The notes: generated by a model not told the origin, from the sequence alone. Positions 8,817 to 18,975 are shown, counted from the first letter of the stretch. The stretch: 64,000 nt of DNA from Sulfolobales archaeon (GCA_038844925.1 JAWBQY010000004.1:7425-71424), one strand, 5' to 3'. Numbers and translations are program-made.

Positions 8817-9944
8817 TTGATTGGGATGAGGGTAGGCATTATAGGTGGTGGGATTGGAGGACTTCTCAGCGGTGTTAAAATCCTTGGGAGTGTTGATGCA
8901 GACCTATACGAGGAGCACGTGTTGGTTGGCTACCCTAAACACTGTACTGGCTTAATCAGTGATGAAGTCCTTAGCCACTTAGGTTGTGGTGCTAAGAACT
9001 ACGTGTTAAACGCTTTTAGGGAATATACATTAATTCATTCCTCAAGACCTAATAAAGAGTTAGAACTTAAGTTTAGAAATACTATCTACCTAGTTGATAG
9101 GCCTAGCCTTGAGAGGTATTTAAGCGATGAATTCCAATGTCGTGGGGGGATGCTCCATCTAGGCTTAAAAGTTACTTCAATAGACCTTAGTGAAACCTCA
9201 CTAGCCGTGAAGGGCGGGCTTACTAAGAAGTACGACGTTATAATTATTGCTGAAGGTGCTAGGGCTACACTCACGAGGGCTTCTGGGATGTGCGGGGGAC
9301 GTACCTACCTTGTAGGGCTTCAAGCCCTTATTAGGTGTAGGAATGTGTTGGAGAGTCCTTACGTAATTTTCGGTAATGATGTTAGTAAGGAATTCTTTGG
9401 GTGGGTTGTACCAGTTAATGAACGTCGATTAATATTTGGATTAGCAGACCGTTATGTAAGTTATGTTAGGTTGAACCACCTGATGAAGACTTACCTGACT
9501 AGAATGTTAGAAGTCAACGACTTAGTGGTTGAAGAGGTCTTCGGTGGGTTGATACCCACTTCAACTCCATGCAAGCAAACACTTAAAAACTTCGTAGGTA
9601 TCGGTGATGCAGTCTCAGTTGTAAAGCCCTTGAGCGGTGGTGGCATCTACAGCATATCCAGGCAGGTGAGAGCATTGGAAGAATCGTTAAAGGCTAACAC
9701 GCCCGACAACGTCTTAAAGAAGTATAGAAGTAAGTCATCAGGCTTGATAAAAACTCTAAACGTACAGCACATGCTAAGGAAATATATAATTAGGAAATTC
9801 CACAGCTTAAGTAACTTCATTATGAAGCTTATAGACTTAGAAGTAGATGAAGTTCACATCTTAGACTACGATAGGTATTTAATCAACCCATTAAACTTAA
9901 ACATTAAAGATGCGCTTAAAATTTTATCAACACTCCTTATCTAA
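8817..9944 (+). CDS. Geranylgeranyl reductase-family FAD oxidoreductase
   Basis: GIIGGGIGG, PKHCTGLIS, IAEGA, FFGWVVP, GDA...KPLSGGGI. Confidence 0.85.
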   Translation: MIGMRVGIIGGGIGGLLSGVKILGSVDADLYEEHVLVGYPKHCTGLISDEVLSHLGCGAKNYVLNAFREYTLIHSSRPNKELELKFRNTIYLVDRPSLERYLSDEFQCRGGMLHLGLKVTSIDLSETSLAVKGGLTKKYDVIIIAEGARATLTRASGMCGGRTYLVGLQALIRCRNVLESPYVIFGNDVSKEFFGWVVPVNERRLIFGLADRYVSYVRLNHLMKTYLTRMLEVNDLVVEEVFGGLIPTSTPCKQTLKNFVGIGDAVSVVKPLSGGGIYSISRQVRALEESLKANTPDNVLKKYRSKSSGLIKTLNVQHMLRKYIIRKFHSLSNFIMKLIDLEVDEVHILDYDRYLINPLNLNIKDALKILSTLLI

Positions 9945-10036
9945 CATCCCAACTATACCACCTCTAAACTACAGCTGTGAGGAGGTCAGTAATAGTTTTG
10001 ATACAGCCGGCTTCGATCTACTTTGTGGTTAAGGTC

Positions 10037-10642
10037 TTAGTTAATGTTTCGGTCTCTAAGGTTTGTGATTACTTCCTTAAGGCGTCTTAATCTTTCCTTA
10101 CCCTTCATCAGCACTTCATTACATGTGCTTACGACATCAGCAATGCCCTCGTGACTCACCAATAATTTACTACCTACTTTGACAGGGTATGTAAGTCCTA
10201 TACCACTCCTCAATTCTAACACGATGCCGTCCTTTCTAAAACTTATAATACCGCTGTGCTTAAATCCTGCAGCCCTGCCGGCTGAGATAAGCGTGCGTGC
10301 TTCTTTTAAAGTAGCTGTAGATAGGTGGAGTATGGGTCCAGTGACGATTACCCATAACTTACTTAACACGGGCTTCTCAGTAATCTCTAAAAATTCTTCA
10401 ATTGTTATTGGTGCATGCTTCTTAAAGACTACTGTTGACATCTTCCTTACCCACGGTAGTTGCGCATCGATGAATACTATCCTACCACTACATGAGCTTA
10501 TAGTGAATGAGTCCTCCCTCTTAAATATCTCCAGAAGGAGGTCTGATATACCCTCATCCAAGTAACCTATGTGGAGGTCTTCTAACAACCTCTTAAGCAT
10601 TACTTCTTTCTTCTTAGCCCATAAATCCCTACAAACCCTCAC
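10037..10642 (-). CDS. taw3: tRNA wyosine methyltransferase Taw3/TYW3
   Basis: FTISSCSGRI, GPILH, AGFKHSGI. Confidence 0.88.
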   Translation of the reverse strand: MRVCRDLWAKKKEVMLKRLLEDLHIGYLDEGISDLLLEIFKREDSFTISSCSGRIVFIDAQLPWVRKMSTVVFKKHAPITIEEFLEITEKPVLSKLWVIVTGPILHLSTATLKEARTLISAGRAAGFKHSGIISFRKDGIVLELRSGIGLTYPVKVGSKLLVSHEGIADVVSTCNEVLMKGKERLRRLKEVITNLRDRNIN

Positions 10643-11580
10643 TTAAGGACACCTACCTTAGTAAGTAGTTCGCAGGTCTTACATATACTTCTATTATATG
10701 CTGTAGGTTCTCCGCAAACCTTACATGTAGGTAAGTGTGGTAGTATATCGACATTACCAGTATAATTGATCATTAGCTCATCTACGAAGTTAAGGAATCT
10801 TAGAAGCGTGCCAGGCCTTACCGCCTCAAGCCTGTATAAATACTCTCTTACTTTAGCCCTTAGAGTAGGCCTACTAACTATGTAGGGACATTCAACTTCC
10901 TGGAACTTAAAACCGTTTAAATATGCGTAGAGAGCGCATTCCCACTCGTACACCTTCCTAAGCGGTTTTACCCTTCTAACAAATAACTCACTTAACTTAG
11001 GCCCTCTGGGATGTGATTGTAGGAGTCTATTTAAATCACCCCTTAATAAATTTATAAATGCTGTCTGTGATTCATCATCTAAGTTATGAGCCGTTACTAC
11101 TTTATCATATCCTAACTCCCTAGCATACTTATTCACTATCCTCCTCCTAATCATACCGCAGAAAGTGCATGGACTAACATTCAAGTCAGACTTAACTGAC
11201 ATACTTACTAAGTCCTTAAGATCGTGGCCTACAACATCTCTAAACGAGGTCTTAATGCAGTCTATACCTAACTCCCTACTCCGACTTAATACCCATGCTA
11301 TATCCTCCTCCCTACTATAACCTTCAATACCCTCAGATACTGTGATAACTCCTAACCTACCTGACTCATGAATTCCTGAAATTATGTCGAAGAGGACGAA
11401 GCTATCCTTACCGCCGGAAACCGCTAAAAGTAACCTATCATTAGGGCGGAACATATCATACTTACGCACCTCACCTAACACACGTGACCTTATATCCTCC
11501 ATAAAGCACTTACTACATAATAACCTCCCACTATGTCTCTGCAGTATTACTGCGTTACTAACACCGCAACTACTACACAC
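10639..11580 (-). CDS. ttuA: tRNA 2-thiolation enzyme TtuA/NcsA (Ncs6/CTU1 family)
   Basis: N- and C-terminal Zn fingers, SGGKDS PP-loop, PCTFC, AHNLDD, ECPY. Confidence 0.9.
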   Translation of the reverse strand: MCSSCGVSNAVILQRHSGRLLCSKCFMEDIRSRVLGEVRKYDMFRPNDRLLLAVSGGKDSFVLFDIISGIHESGRLGVITVSEGIEGYSREEDIAWVLSRSRELGIDCIKTSFRDVVGHDLKDLVSMSVKSDLNVSPCTFCGMIRRRIVNKYARELGYDKVVTAHNLDDESQTAFINLLRGDLNRLLQSHPRGPKLSELFVRRVKPLRKVYEWECALYAYLNGFKFQEVECPYIVSRPTLRAKVREYLYRLEAVRPGTLLRFLNFVDELMINYTGNVDILPHLPTCKVCGEPTAYNRSICKTCELLTKVGVLK

Positions 11581-11658
11581 TACTATTTCTCAACCACCAT
11601 AATAGTCATAGGTATAGATACTTTAAAGCGTAAGAGAGGTCCCTACGCTGTACTGGGA

Positions 11659-11932
11659 GAGATGGGGTTCTGGTTTCATTTTGATGTCAACCCTCGGCTT
11701 CACAGACCTCAGCACCCTTTCATCAATGCCCATCTCATTGGTCTCAACCCGTTCAGGGTAACCCCGGCCCACAGCTCACCCTCATCTAGTTCATCACTGT
11801 GGGGAAACCCCCACATCCTGGATTTGAATGCCCACCCACTCAGGTCTTCACCACGTACCTACATTATGGGTAGGCTCGTCCTTCGATAAAGCAACTTATA
11901 TCAAACTATAACCTTTATGAAACCCGAAACAG
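11659..11932 (-). mobile_element. Element A: non-autonomous element with imperfect terminal IRs enclosing a structured ncRNA
   Basis: IR ttctggtttcat (11668-11679) / atgaaacccgaa (11917-11928); several hairpins and UGA/GA K-turn-like motifs on minus strand; motifs shared with element B at 57.6-57.9 kb. Confidence 0.6.
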
Positions 11933-11942
11933 TTGCGTGAGG

Positions 11943-13772
11943 CTACCCCTCTTCAGGTTCTTCTACTAGGGCTTCGTAGAAGTACTCACCGATAGATTTC
12001 TGGTATCTGTCTAAGTAGCTGTATGGTTTATTTATTCGAGGTCTTCCTGTCTTACGGTCTCTTCTAAAGGTAATGTCTAAGTCTTTAAGGAATGTGTTCA
12101 TACCGTGTTTAAGGCTTGCCGGACTTAACGCCCTACCGGAGACTCCTGGGATACCTTTAAACACTACGACCCTGTCGGCAATGTTGTCTATTACTGTTAA
12201 GTCGTGGTCTACGACGAAGGCTACTGCCTTTCTAACCTCAACTACTTTCTTTATCGCTTTACATACAGTGAGTCTTTCATCAACGTCTATGAAGGCTGAC
12301 GGCTCATCCAATAAGTAGATGTCAGCATCCCTAGCTAGGGCGACAGCTATGGCGAATTTCTGCAACTCACCACCACTTAATTCGTTAATACCCCTTAGGA
12401 AGAGTTTATGGAGGTTTAACCTCTTAATAACATCGTTTTGAAACCAATCACTACAGGCTAGTTGCGATGATTTGCAGAGTTCTTTAAAAGCCTCCTCAAC
12501 GCTACTCCATTCAAATAACTCAGTTTTAACGTACTGAGGCTTATGACTGATTCTAAGTGTGTTGAGTGTTAGATAACCTTCATCAGGTTCTAACTCACCG
12601 GCTAAGAGCCTTATAAATGTTGTTTTGCCTATAGCGTTAGGCCCTACCAAACCTAAAACCTCACCCTTACTTGCATCGCCTGCCTCAACACTTAATTCAA
12701 ATCCGTTAAGGACCTTCCTTAGATTAGGCCATCTTATGAATTTCTCCTCAACCCCCTCTACAACCCCTCTACCAAACTTATTGAAGATTATAGGCTCTGC
12801 TCGAATCCTCATGTTCTCAGAGGGTAGGTAGCCGATTAAGAAGTTATTCACACCGGAACCTACTGAGTAGACCTTAGAGAAAATACCGAAGACTCCTGGG
12901 TCGCCGTAGACTATTGATACGTAATCGGAGACGTAGTCGAGTATGGTTAGGTCGTGCTCGACGACTATGACATACTTATTCTTAGTGAACTCTCTAATAG
13001 CTCTTGAAATTTTCAGCCTTTCATGAACGTCGAGATAGCTTGAAGGTTCGTCGAAGAAGAAGACATCAGCATCTCGCAATAGTGCGGCTGCTATGGCGAA
13101 TTTCTGTAATTCACCGCCGCTTAACGTCGCTACGCTACTATCCCAGCAACTATCCAGGTTTACGTATTTACGTATCTCATTAGCCATACCCTTCTCATCA
13201 ATCCTACTAATTATATCTTTAACGAAGCCCTTCACATACTTCCTAATTAAATCCACGTGCTGTATCTTATGAACTACCCGCAACTTCTTATCAACTAACT
13301 TACTTAGATATTGATACATCTCACTCCCCCTGTAGAACTTTAAGACGGGATCCCACGAAGGTGTTACATCTAAATTACCTAAGTTAGGTATGAGTTCGCC
13401 GGAGAGTATCTTAACAGCTGTGGTCTTACCGATACCGTTCTTACCGACCACACCTAATACCTTACCACCTATCGGTGTTGGGAGTCCGTAGAGCTTAAAT
13501 GAATTCACACCATACCTATGAACCAATCTCTTCTCAATCTCGTCTGGGAGGTTGGTAACTGTGATTGCTTTATAGGGACATTTCCTAACACATATACCGC
13601 AACCAACACATACTAACTCATAAATAATTGGTTTACCGCCTTTAACCTCAGACAATTCAATAGCTTTAGAGCCCGACCTATTAATAGGGCAGAATCTAAC
13701 ACACTCTAAGCTACATTTATCCGGTCTGCATAAATCGTAATCTATTACTGCTATTCTAACCATCACTACCAC
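11943..13772 (-). CDS. rli: Ribosome recycling factor ABCE1/RLI
   Basis: N-terminal Fe-S Cys motifs and two ABC domains (GKNGIGKT, GPNAIGKT, LSGGELQ x2). Confidence 0.96.
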   Translation of the reverse strand: MVVMVRIAVIDYDLCRPDKCSLECVRFCPINRSGSKAIELSEVKGGKPIIYELVCVGCGICVRKCPYKAITVTNLPDEIEKRLVHRYGVNSFKLYGLPTPIGGKVLGVVGKNGIGKTTAVKILSGELIPNLGNLDVTPSWDPVLKFYRGSEMYQYLSKLVDKKLRVVHKIQHVDLIRKYVKGFVKDIISRIDEKGMANEIRKYVNLDSCWDSSVATLSGGELQKFAIAAALLRDADVFFFDEPSSYLDVHERLKISRAIREFTKNKYVIVVEHDLTILDYVSDYVSIVYGDPGVFGIFSKVYSVGSGVNNFLIGYLPSENMRIRAEPIIFNKFGRGVVEGVEEKFIRWPNLRKVLNGFELSVEAGDASKGEVLGLVGPNAIGKTTFIRLLAGELEPDEGYLTLNTLRISHKPQYVKTELFEWSSVEEAFKELCKSSQLACSDWFQNDVIKRLNLHKLFLRGINELSGGELQKFAIAVALARDADIYLLDEPSAFIDVDERLTVCKAIKKVVEVRKAVAFVVDHDLTVIDNIADRVVVFKGIPGVSGRALSPASLKHGMNTFLKDLDITFRRDRKTGRPRINKPYSYLDRYQKSIGEYFYEALVEEPEEG

Positions 13773-13809
13773 CGTAACAACTTATAAATAGCTATAAAAT
13801 ATAAGTGAT

Positions 13810-13866
13810 AGATGATGAGTGGTGACGGCTTGGACTTCGAATGGCATTAAATAATCACCACTGATT
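13810..13866 (+). ncRNA. Box C/D sRNA candidate with degenerate C'/D'; guides fit 16S rRNA
   Basis: ATGATGA at 13812, CTGA at 13861; guide UGGUGACGGCU complementary (2 G-U) to recalled 16S GGCCGUCGCCA. Confidence 0.6.
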
Positions 13867-13936
13867 GAATTCTAAAACGATTTATTTATTATAGAAATAA
13901 TTAACGAATGTTAAAAAGGATCTGAATTCTCTTAAC

Positions 13937-14023
13937 CTACCACTCTTCCTCCTCCCACTCCTCCTCTTCCTCCTCCCACCATTCCTCCTCTTCTTCCTCT
14001 TCCCACCACTCTTCTTCAAACAT
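13937..14023 (-). CDS. 28-aa Glu/Trp peptide MFEEEWWEEEEEEEWWEEEEEEWEEEEW
   Basis: ATG..TAG, mixed GAA/GAG codons, SD-like AGGTG/GAGTGA and TATA-like CTTATATA upstream. Confidence 0.75.
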   Translation of the reverse strand: MFEEEWWEEEEEEEWWEEEEEEWEEEEW

Positions 14024-14191
14024 TTAAATCACTCACACCTAACTACATACTCAAATATATAAGTTTTTACTAAGAGCGATAGGGTCAACGTGTTATTTTA
14101 CCTAAATACGTGATTAAGTTGGAAGCTTATTTAAAGATATTTAAACCACTTACTAACTAAAGTTATAAAGGTAATACTAAGGTGGATACGA

Positions 14192-14359
14192 ATGCCTATT
14201 TCAGACCCAGTTAAGAGTAAGATAGTTGAGGAAAGACTACTTAATAAAATGATTTGTAGGAAGTGTGGTGCTGTAAATCCCCCAGGTGCTGTTAAATGCC
14301 GTAGATGTAAGAGTAAGAATTTAAGACCGAAGAAGAGATTCGGAGGTAAGAAGGGCTAA
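14192..14359 (+). CDS. rpl40e: 50S ribosomal protein L40e
   Basis: 55 aa, [30 protein letters not shown]; below ORF-track cutoff. Confidence 0.95.
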   Translation: MPISDPVKSKIVEERLLNKMICRKCGAVNPPGAVKCRRCKSKNLRPKKRFGGKKG

Positions 14360-14591
14360 CATAATTTCCCAACAAATGGTTGCGGGAACTTCTCAATCCC
14401 TATCGCTAAGGCTTCTTGCACTACCACACATATGAAGCATTCATAGATGGAATATGTGCTGGGGTCTAGGGCTGTCTACGTCTTGGTTTCCTCACACTCT
14501 ACATATCTTTAGTGTGAGGGAATGAATACGTTCAAAACATTTAATCAAATATGAGATGATTAAGAATGAAACACCTCCATGGCGGCTGAGA

Positions 14592-15161
14592 CTATACTTT
14601 AAATCCAGCCATCTTAAGCCTACTTAGTAGGAGTCTTTCCTCCTCTGGAAATTCGTTCTTAAATCTCTCCTTAATCATGTTAATATCTAATTTTAACTTA
14701 CCACTCTTAACTAAGTCTGCTATCACGCTTAGATCTTCTAGGTCGTGATCCCGACCGGCATGTGCCTTCAGAACTACATAGTCCTCAACACTTATACACT
14801 TAACTCTAACATCCATCAACTTAACCTCCTTAGCCGACTTTATTATACTTTCTGGTACGTAGAGATCTAAAACATTTTCATGAAGCTCTATAACTACTTC
14901 GCTATCGTTAAACATGCAGTAAAGGGCTGGAGTGCCCCACTCATTCTGCGATAACTCACAGCCAAGCTTAGCGCTAATACTCCTAACGATGTCTTCATCC
15001 ATGTAGGGGCTGAAGTTAGTGACGAAGATATCTATATCATCCTCAAACTCGTGAGAATCTAAATGTAGTAGCAGTACAGTACTACCGATTAAAACACCGT
15101 CAACTCCTGAATCCCTAAGCTTTAAAAGTACGTTTCTTAAAACATGCCTATCATACCCCAA
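14592..15161 (-). CDS. Nucleotidyltransferase-family protein
   Basis: LIGS...DDIDIF motif; LKAHAGRDHDLEDL. Confidence 0.75.
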   Translation of the reverse strand: MGYDRHVLRNVLLKLRDSGVDGVLIGSTVLLLHLDSHEFEDDIDIFVTNFSPYMDEDIVRSISAKLGCELSQNEWGTPALYCMFNDSEVVIELHENVLDLYVPESIIKSAKEVKLMDVRVKCISVEDYVVLKAHAGRDHDLEDLSVIADLVKSGKLKLDINMIKERFKNEFPEEERLLLSRLKMAGFKV

Positions 15162-15261
15162 ATAATTACCCCACTACTACGTAATGTAAAGAGGTTATAA
15201 GCTGAAATTAAGTCTGACAACTTAAAAGATTTAAAAATTTCCGTACCTCTTACATTTTAGA

Positions 15262-15351
15262 GCCGGGGTGGCCGAGCGGTCTAAGGCGGCGGGCTGCAGT
15301 GATTGTTGGAAACCCGTTTACACGCGGGTTCGAATCCCGCCCCCGGCTCCA
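15262..15351 (+). tRNA. tRNA-Cys(GCA) with 12-nt intron at 37/38 (15300-15311), CCA encoded
   Basis: Cloverleaf GCCGGGG/CCCCGGC, anticodon GCA 15296-15298, GGGTTCGAATCCC T arm. Confidence 0.93.
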
Positions 15352-15478
15352 ATTAAACAAGCAAGTAAGCACTTCCATATCTCAAAGACTAGCATATGAT
15401 AATTCTAATTCTAGGGCATAGTTATTTAGTCCACATTCTTTTAAATATATGAAGGGTTAGGAGAAGCTTGGTGTTGAC

Positions 15479-15721
15479 ATGGGTGTTGAAGCACTATCAA
15501 AGATTGCCGGATTATTTGATTGGATTATAGCTATTAAAACGAATTCTGAAGTACTAGCCATTATAGGCTTCATATTAGTTGGATTAGTAGCATTCATATA
15601 TATCAGTAAGGGTATCCTCCTACTTGGTAAGTGGTTAATAAACTTAAAGGTTAGAGAATTCACATTAGCCTTAGCAGTAATAGGTATGGCACTAATAGCT
15701 ATAGCCGTTCTAATACCTTGA
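15479..15721 (+). CDS. Small membrane protein
   Basis: 80 aa with two hydrophobic segments, GGTG SD. Confidence 0.7.
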   Translation: MGVEALSKIAGLFDWIIAIKTNSEVLAIIGFILVGLVAFIYISKGILLLGKWLINLKVREFTLALAVIGMALIAIAVLIP

Positions 15722-15790
15722 CCACAACTTTAAAGTGTTATTATCATAGAAATAGTTTAAACCCCTTATTAATCTTAAGTCTTCATAGGC

Positions 15791-17812
15791 TTACTTCATT
15801 GTTAGTTTTATTAAGTAATTAACTACGTCTCTGGAGTATTTCCCTAAACACTTAACCTTACTTATCCTTCTTAGGTATTCATTCCAATCAACCCCTAATC
15901 TCTGCCTCCACACTCCGTATCGGTACTTTAGATTTTGGTAGGCCATTGAGTGAAGTTCGCATAGTTGTAAGTTGTCTATGAGTGCGTAGCTACCTCTCCC
16001 ACATATACAGCACTTTACTTCGTTACCAACTCCTATAATCTTAAAGAACTCCTCACCACCCTCCCTATTTATAATTTCTTTAAAGCTCTCTAATTTATTC
16101 TTAAGTAATTGCTTAGCTTCAGAAATTATCAATGCCCTAGTAGCTTTCCCCTTAATAATATCATTTAGAAGTGATTCAAACTTCCTAGTTAATTCTACAC
16201 TTGTTAAGTCTGCGAAGAATTTATTTAAAGCTTTAACTACTTGAAGTCCTAGATCCGTCACATCTACATGTTTTGAGGAAGTCTTCAAGTACTCCCTCTT
16301 AAATAAGTTTTCTATGATCTCCGCCCTCGTAGCCTCAGTACCTATTCCTACAGACTCCATCCACTTAAGTATTGATGTCTTAGTATACCTTTGAGGTGGT
16401 TGGCTGTAGGTATTTAACACCTTAACTTCAACCACCTTAACCACATCTCCAGCCTTAAGTAGCGGTACTTCCTTTACAGTAAATTTCACAAATGGATAAT
16501 ACCTTAGCCAACCAGTACTTATTATCTTAGAACCACTTAATGAGAACCTATAGTTATCGAAAACGATTACGTTCTTAACCCTCCTTAGATGGACTGGCTC
16601 AGCAAAAGATGCTAAATACCTCCTCACTATTAAGTCATAAATTCTAATCGCATCGGTTTTCAAACCCCTCGTCGGTAGGTAGCCTGTAGGGTATATAGCT
16701 GGGTGTGCTGGGTCGTCCTTTTTACCCTCAATAGGTGTTAACAATTTCTTAGAAAGTAGTTCCTTAGCAAGCTCTGAGTATTCCTCAATCCTAGCTATAT
16801 TTGATATTATCTCCCTATTGTTTAAGGTTTTAGGGATTTTCTGACTGTTAGTTCTTGGATAGCTTATCAATGATTCCAAGTAGAGTTCCTCAGCTATTGA
16901 AAGGGTCTTAGATGGTGAGTATCCGTAAATCTTAGATGCCTCGTACTGAAGGTCCGGCAAGTTGAATGGTGGTAGTGGGTCTACGTAGATATCCCGCACT
17001 TCTGATTCAGCAACCCTTAACTCTCCAGCCTTCCTTACACGCTCTGCTAAAGATTTAACTAGATTTAAATCGTCGAACGAGTCAAATAAGTTCTCTAAGA
17101 CGTACCTCCTACCATTAACATCTACCTTAATCCTCAAGGAGAACCTCACATCAGGTACGAAGGTACTTACACTTAAGTAATTATTAACTACCTCGACTAG
17201 AGTTGGTGATTGAACCCTCCCAGCACTTAAAATAAGTCTCTTCCTATAAGCTCTCCCAAAAACATCTGATAAAGCCCTACTAACGTTAATACCCCACAAC
17301 CAGTCGAGCTCGTGTCTACATAAGCCTGCTTCAATCATATCCAAATCAAGAGGTCTTAAATCATTGTAAGCATGTCTTAATTCTTCTAAGGTCAGACTTG
17401 AAAACTTCATCCTCTTAGCCTTCTTAAGATCTCCGAAATTAGATATTATCATATAACCTATTACAGAGCCTTCTATATCGTAGTCGCATGCGTTGACGTA
17501 TTCGGAAGCATTCTTAAAGAGCTTACTTATTAGTTTAAAGTAATTTATTAAGAACTTCGATTCACGGTCTTCAACCCATCTAGGTACCCACTTATAATTG
17601 AATACTGGGTAGCCCGCCTCACTACTTGAAAGCGTAAATAGATGTCCCGCACTACCTACTACAACTACTAATTTACTCCCCACCCTACCAACCCAGTAGG
17701 GAATTCCGAACTCACTATACTTCCTACTTAAGCCTAAGGCGGCTGCGATCTTAGCAGCAGCCCTAGGCTTCTCAGCAATTATAAGTGTATATCCTTTAAG
17801 GTCTACCTCCAT
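15791..17812 (-). CDS. topA: Type IA DNA topoisomerase (crenarchaeal TopA/Top3)
   Basis: IAEKP, DYDIEG, SAGRVQSPTL, catalytic ISYPRT, GIGTEATRA. Confidence 0.95.
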   Translation of the reverse strand: MEVDLKGYTLIIAEKPRAAAKIAAALGLSRKYSEFGIPYWVGRVGSKLVVVVGSAGHLFTLSSSEAGYPVFNYKWVPRWVEDRESKFLINYFKLISKLFKNASEYVNACDYDIEGSVIGYMIISNFGDLKKAKRMKFSSLTLEELRHAYNDLRPLDLDMIEAGLCRHELDWLWGINVSRALSDVFGRAYRKRLILSAGRVQSPTLVEVVNNYLSVSTFVPDVRFSLRIKVDVNGRRYVLENLFDSFDDLNLVKSLAERVRKAGELRVAESEVRDIYVDPLPPFNLPDLQYEASKIYGYSPSKTLSIAEELYLESLISYPRTNSQKIPKTLNNREIISNIARIEEYSELAKELLSKKLLTPIEGKKDDPAHPAIYPTGYLPTRGLKTDAIRIYDLIVRRYLASFAEPVHLRRVKNVIVFDNYRFSLSGSKIISTGWLRYYPFVKFTVKEVPLLKAGDVVKVVEVKVLNTYSQPPQRYTKTSILKWMESVGIGTEATRAEIIENLFKREYLKTSSKHVDVTDLGLQVVKALNKFFADLTSVELTRKFESLLNDIIKGKATRALIISEAKQLLKNKLESFKEIINREGGEEFFKIIGVGNEVKCCICGRGSYALIDNLQLCELHSMAYQNLKYRYGVWRQRLGVDWNEYLRRISKVKCLGKYSRDVVNYLIKLTMK

Positions 17813-17817
17813 AATTA

Positions 17818-18975
17818 CTAACCTATAAGAGGTATTGGCATTGAGAGGATGAGGAGTGCGACATAGGTGAGGATAACCTTAATCTTAAAATTACGTGGTA
17901 CTGAGGTATTTAACATATTAGCTGCCCCGATATGAGGTCTAAACCCTGAGATGATAAGCGCTAATACTGAAAACACACCTAACCATATGAGAGTACCTCC
18001 GAAAAACACCGCAGAGTATAGGGAGGAGATCACCATGACTAACGTAGTAATGATACTTACCATAGAATGCGTCTTAACAGATGTTACTCCCCTAATCACA
18101 TGCCCCCCATCTAACTGCCCTATAGGGAGTAAGTTAATAAAATGTATTAAAATCATTATTAGGGATGCGTAAGCTGCAGGGTTAAGTATTGTTACGAGTC
18201 CTACCTCGGAGGGAGTCCTACTTAAGTTCATGATGAAGTAGGCAGATAGTGGAACTATCTCCACATACCTTAACACACCCTCACTTAAAGCTGTTAGCAC
18301 AGCCTCTACTGGAAGCTTAGGTGATAGTAAGTAGTTAATTATGAAGAGCGTTAATGATGTGATGAATCCGAAGAGAGGTCCTGAAATACCTAGCTTTAAT
18401 AAACTTATTAGATTCTTCGGCAGAAACTCCATCTTAACGATAGCTCCAAACGTACCTAAAGGTGAGATAAAGGGCGCCGGTATGAAGACTGGGTAAGATG
18501 CTGGAATGTTAGACTTCTTAACCATGATTAAATGGCCGAGTTCATGCATTGTTAGAGGGAAGAGCACACTCAGAGTGAAGAGCACCATCTCATAGATAAT
18601 ACTACTTTGGCTGACCCCACTACCTACCAACATGTTTAAATTATTGTAGAAATTCCTTGATACGAAGTAACCAGTTATCAATACGGAAAGTAGCGTCAAG
18701 CTAAAGAGTATGGAAGGGACTTTGAATATGTTGGTACGGGATCTCCTACCATTTATAATCCTTAGAACGGTTACTTCCCCAGCGTTATACAGTATTGGAT
18801 AATAACTCCGAGTGACTAATTCATCATATAATTCATTAAAAGATGTGTTTATATCCCCCTTACTAGAAATAACCACGTACTCTACGAAGGTTTCATTCCT
18901 GAAGCTTTCAACTACGTTGAAGAACTTACTTATTGTTGAGGAAAGCTCTACAACATTGCTTTCAACACCATTCAA
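17818..18975 (-). CDS. Site-2 protease (M50)
   Basis: HELGH, NLLPIGQLDGGH, multiple TMs. Confidence 0.92.
   Translation of the reverse strand: MNGVESNVVELSSTISKFFNVVESFRNETFVEYVVISSKGDINTSFNELYDELVTRSYYPILYNAGEVTVLRIINGRRSRTNIFKVPSILFSLTLLSVLITGYFVSRNFYNNLNMLVGSGVSQSSIIYEMVLFTLSVLFPLTMHELGHLIMVKKSNIPASYPVFIPAPFISPLGTFGAIVKMEFLPKNLISLLKLGISGPLFGFITSLTLFIINYLLSPKLPVEAVLTALSEGVLRYVEIVPLSAYFIMNLSRTPSEVGLVTILNPAAYASLIMILIHFINLLPIGQLDGGHVIRGVTSVKTHSMVSIITTLVMVISSLYSAVFFGGTLIWLGVFSVLALIISGFRPHIGAANMLNTSVPRNFKIKVILTYVALLILSMPIPLIG

Noticed and set aside
11533..11889. 118-aa plus-strand ORF
   Set aside because: Atypical composition; overlies the structured element A and the ttuA start
13937..14023. 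CTC/TTC tract as a non-coding microsatellite
   Set aside because: Codon-phased variation with start, stop and SD-like signal favours a peptide gene
14490..14519. Hairpin cctcacact/agtgtgagg between convergent genes
   Set aside because: Isolated 9-bp stem, at most a terminator-like feature
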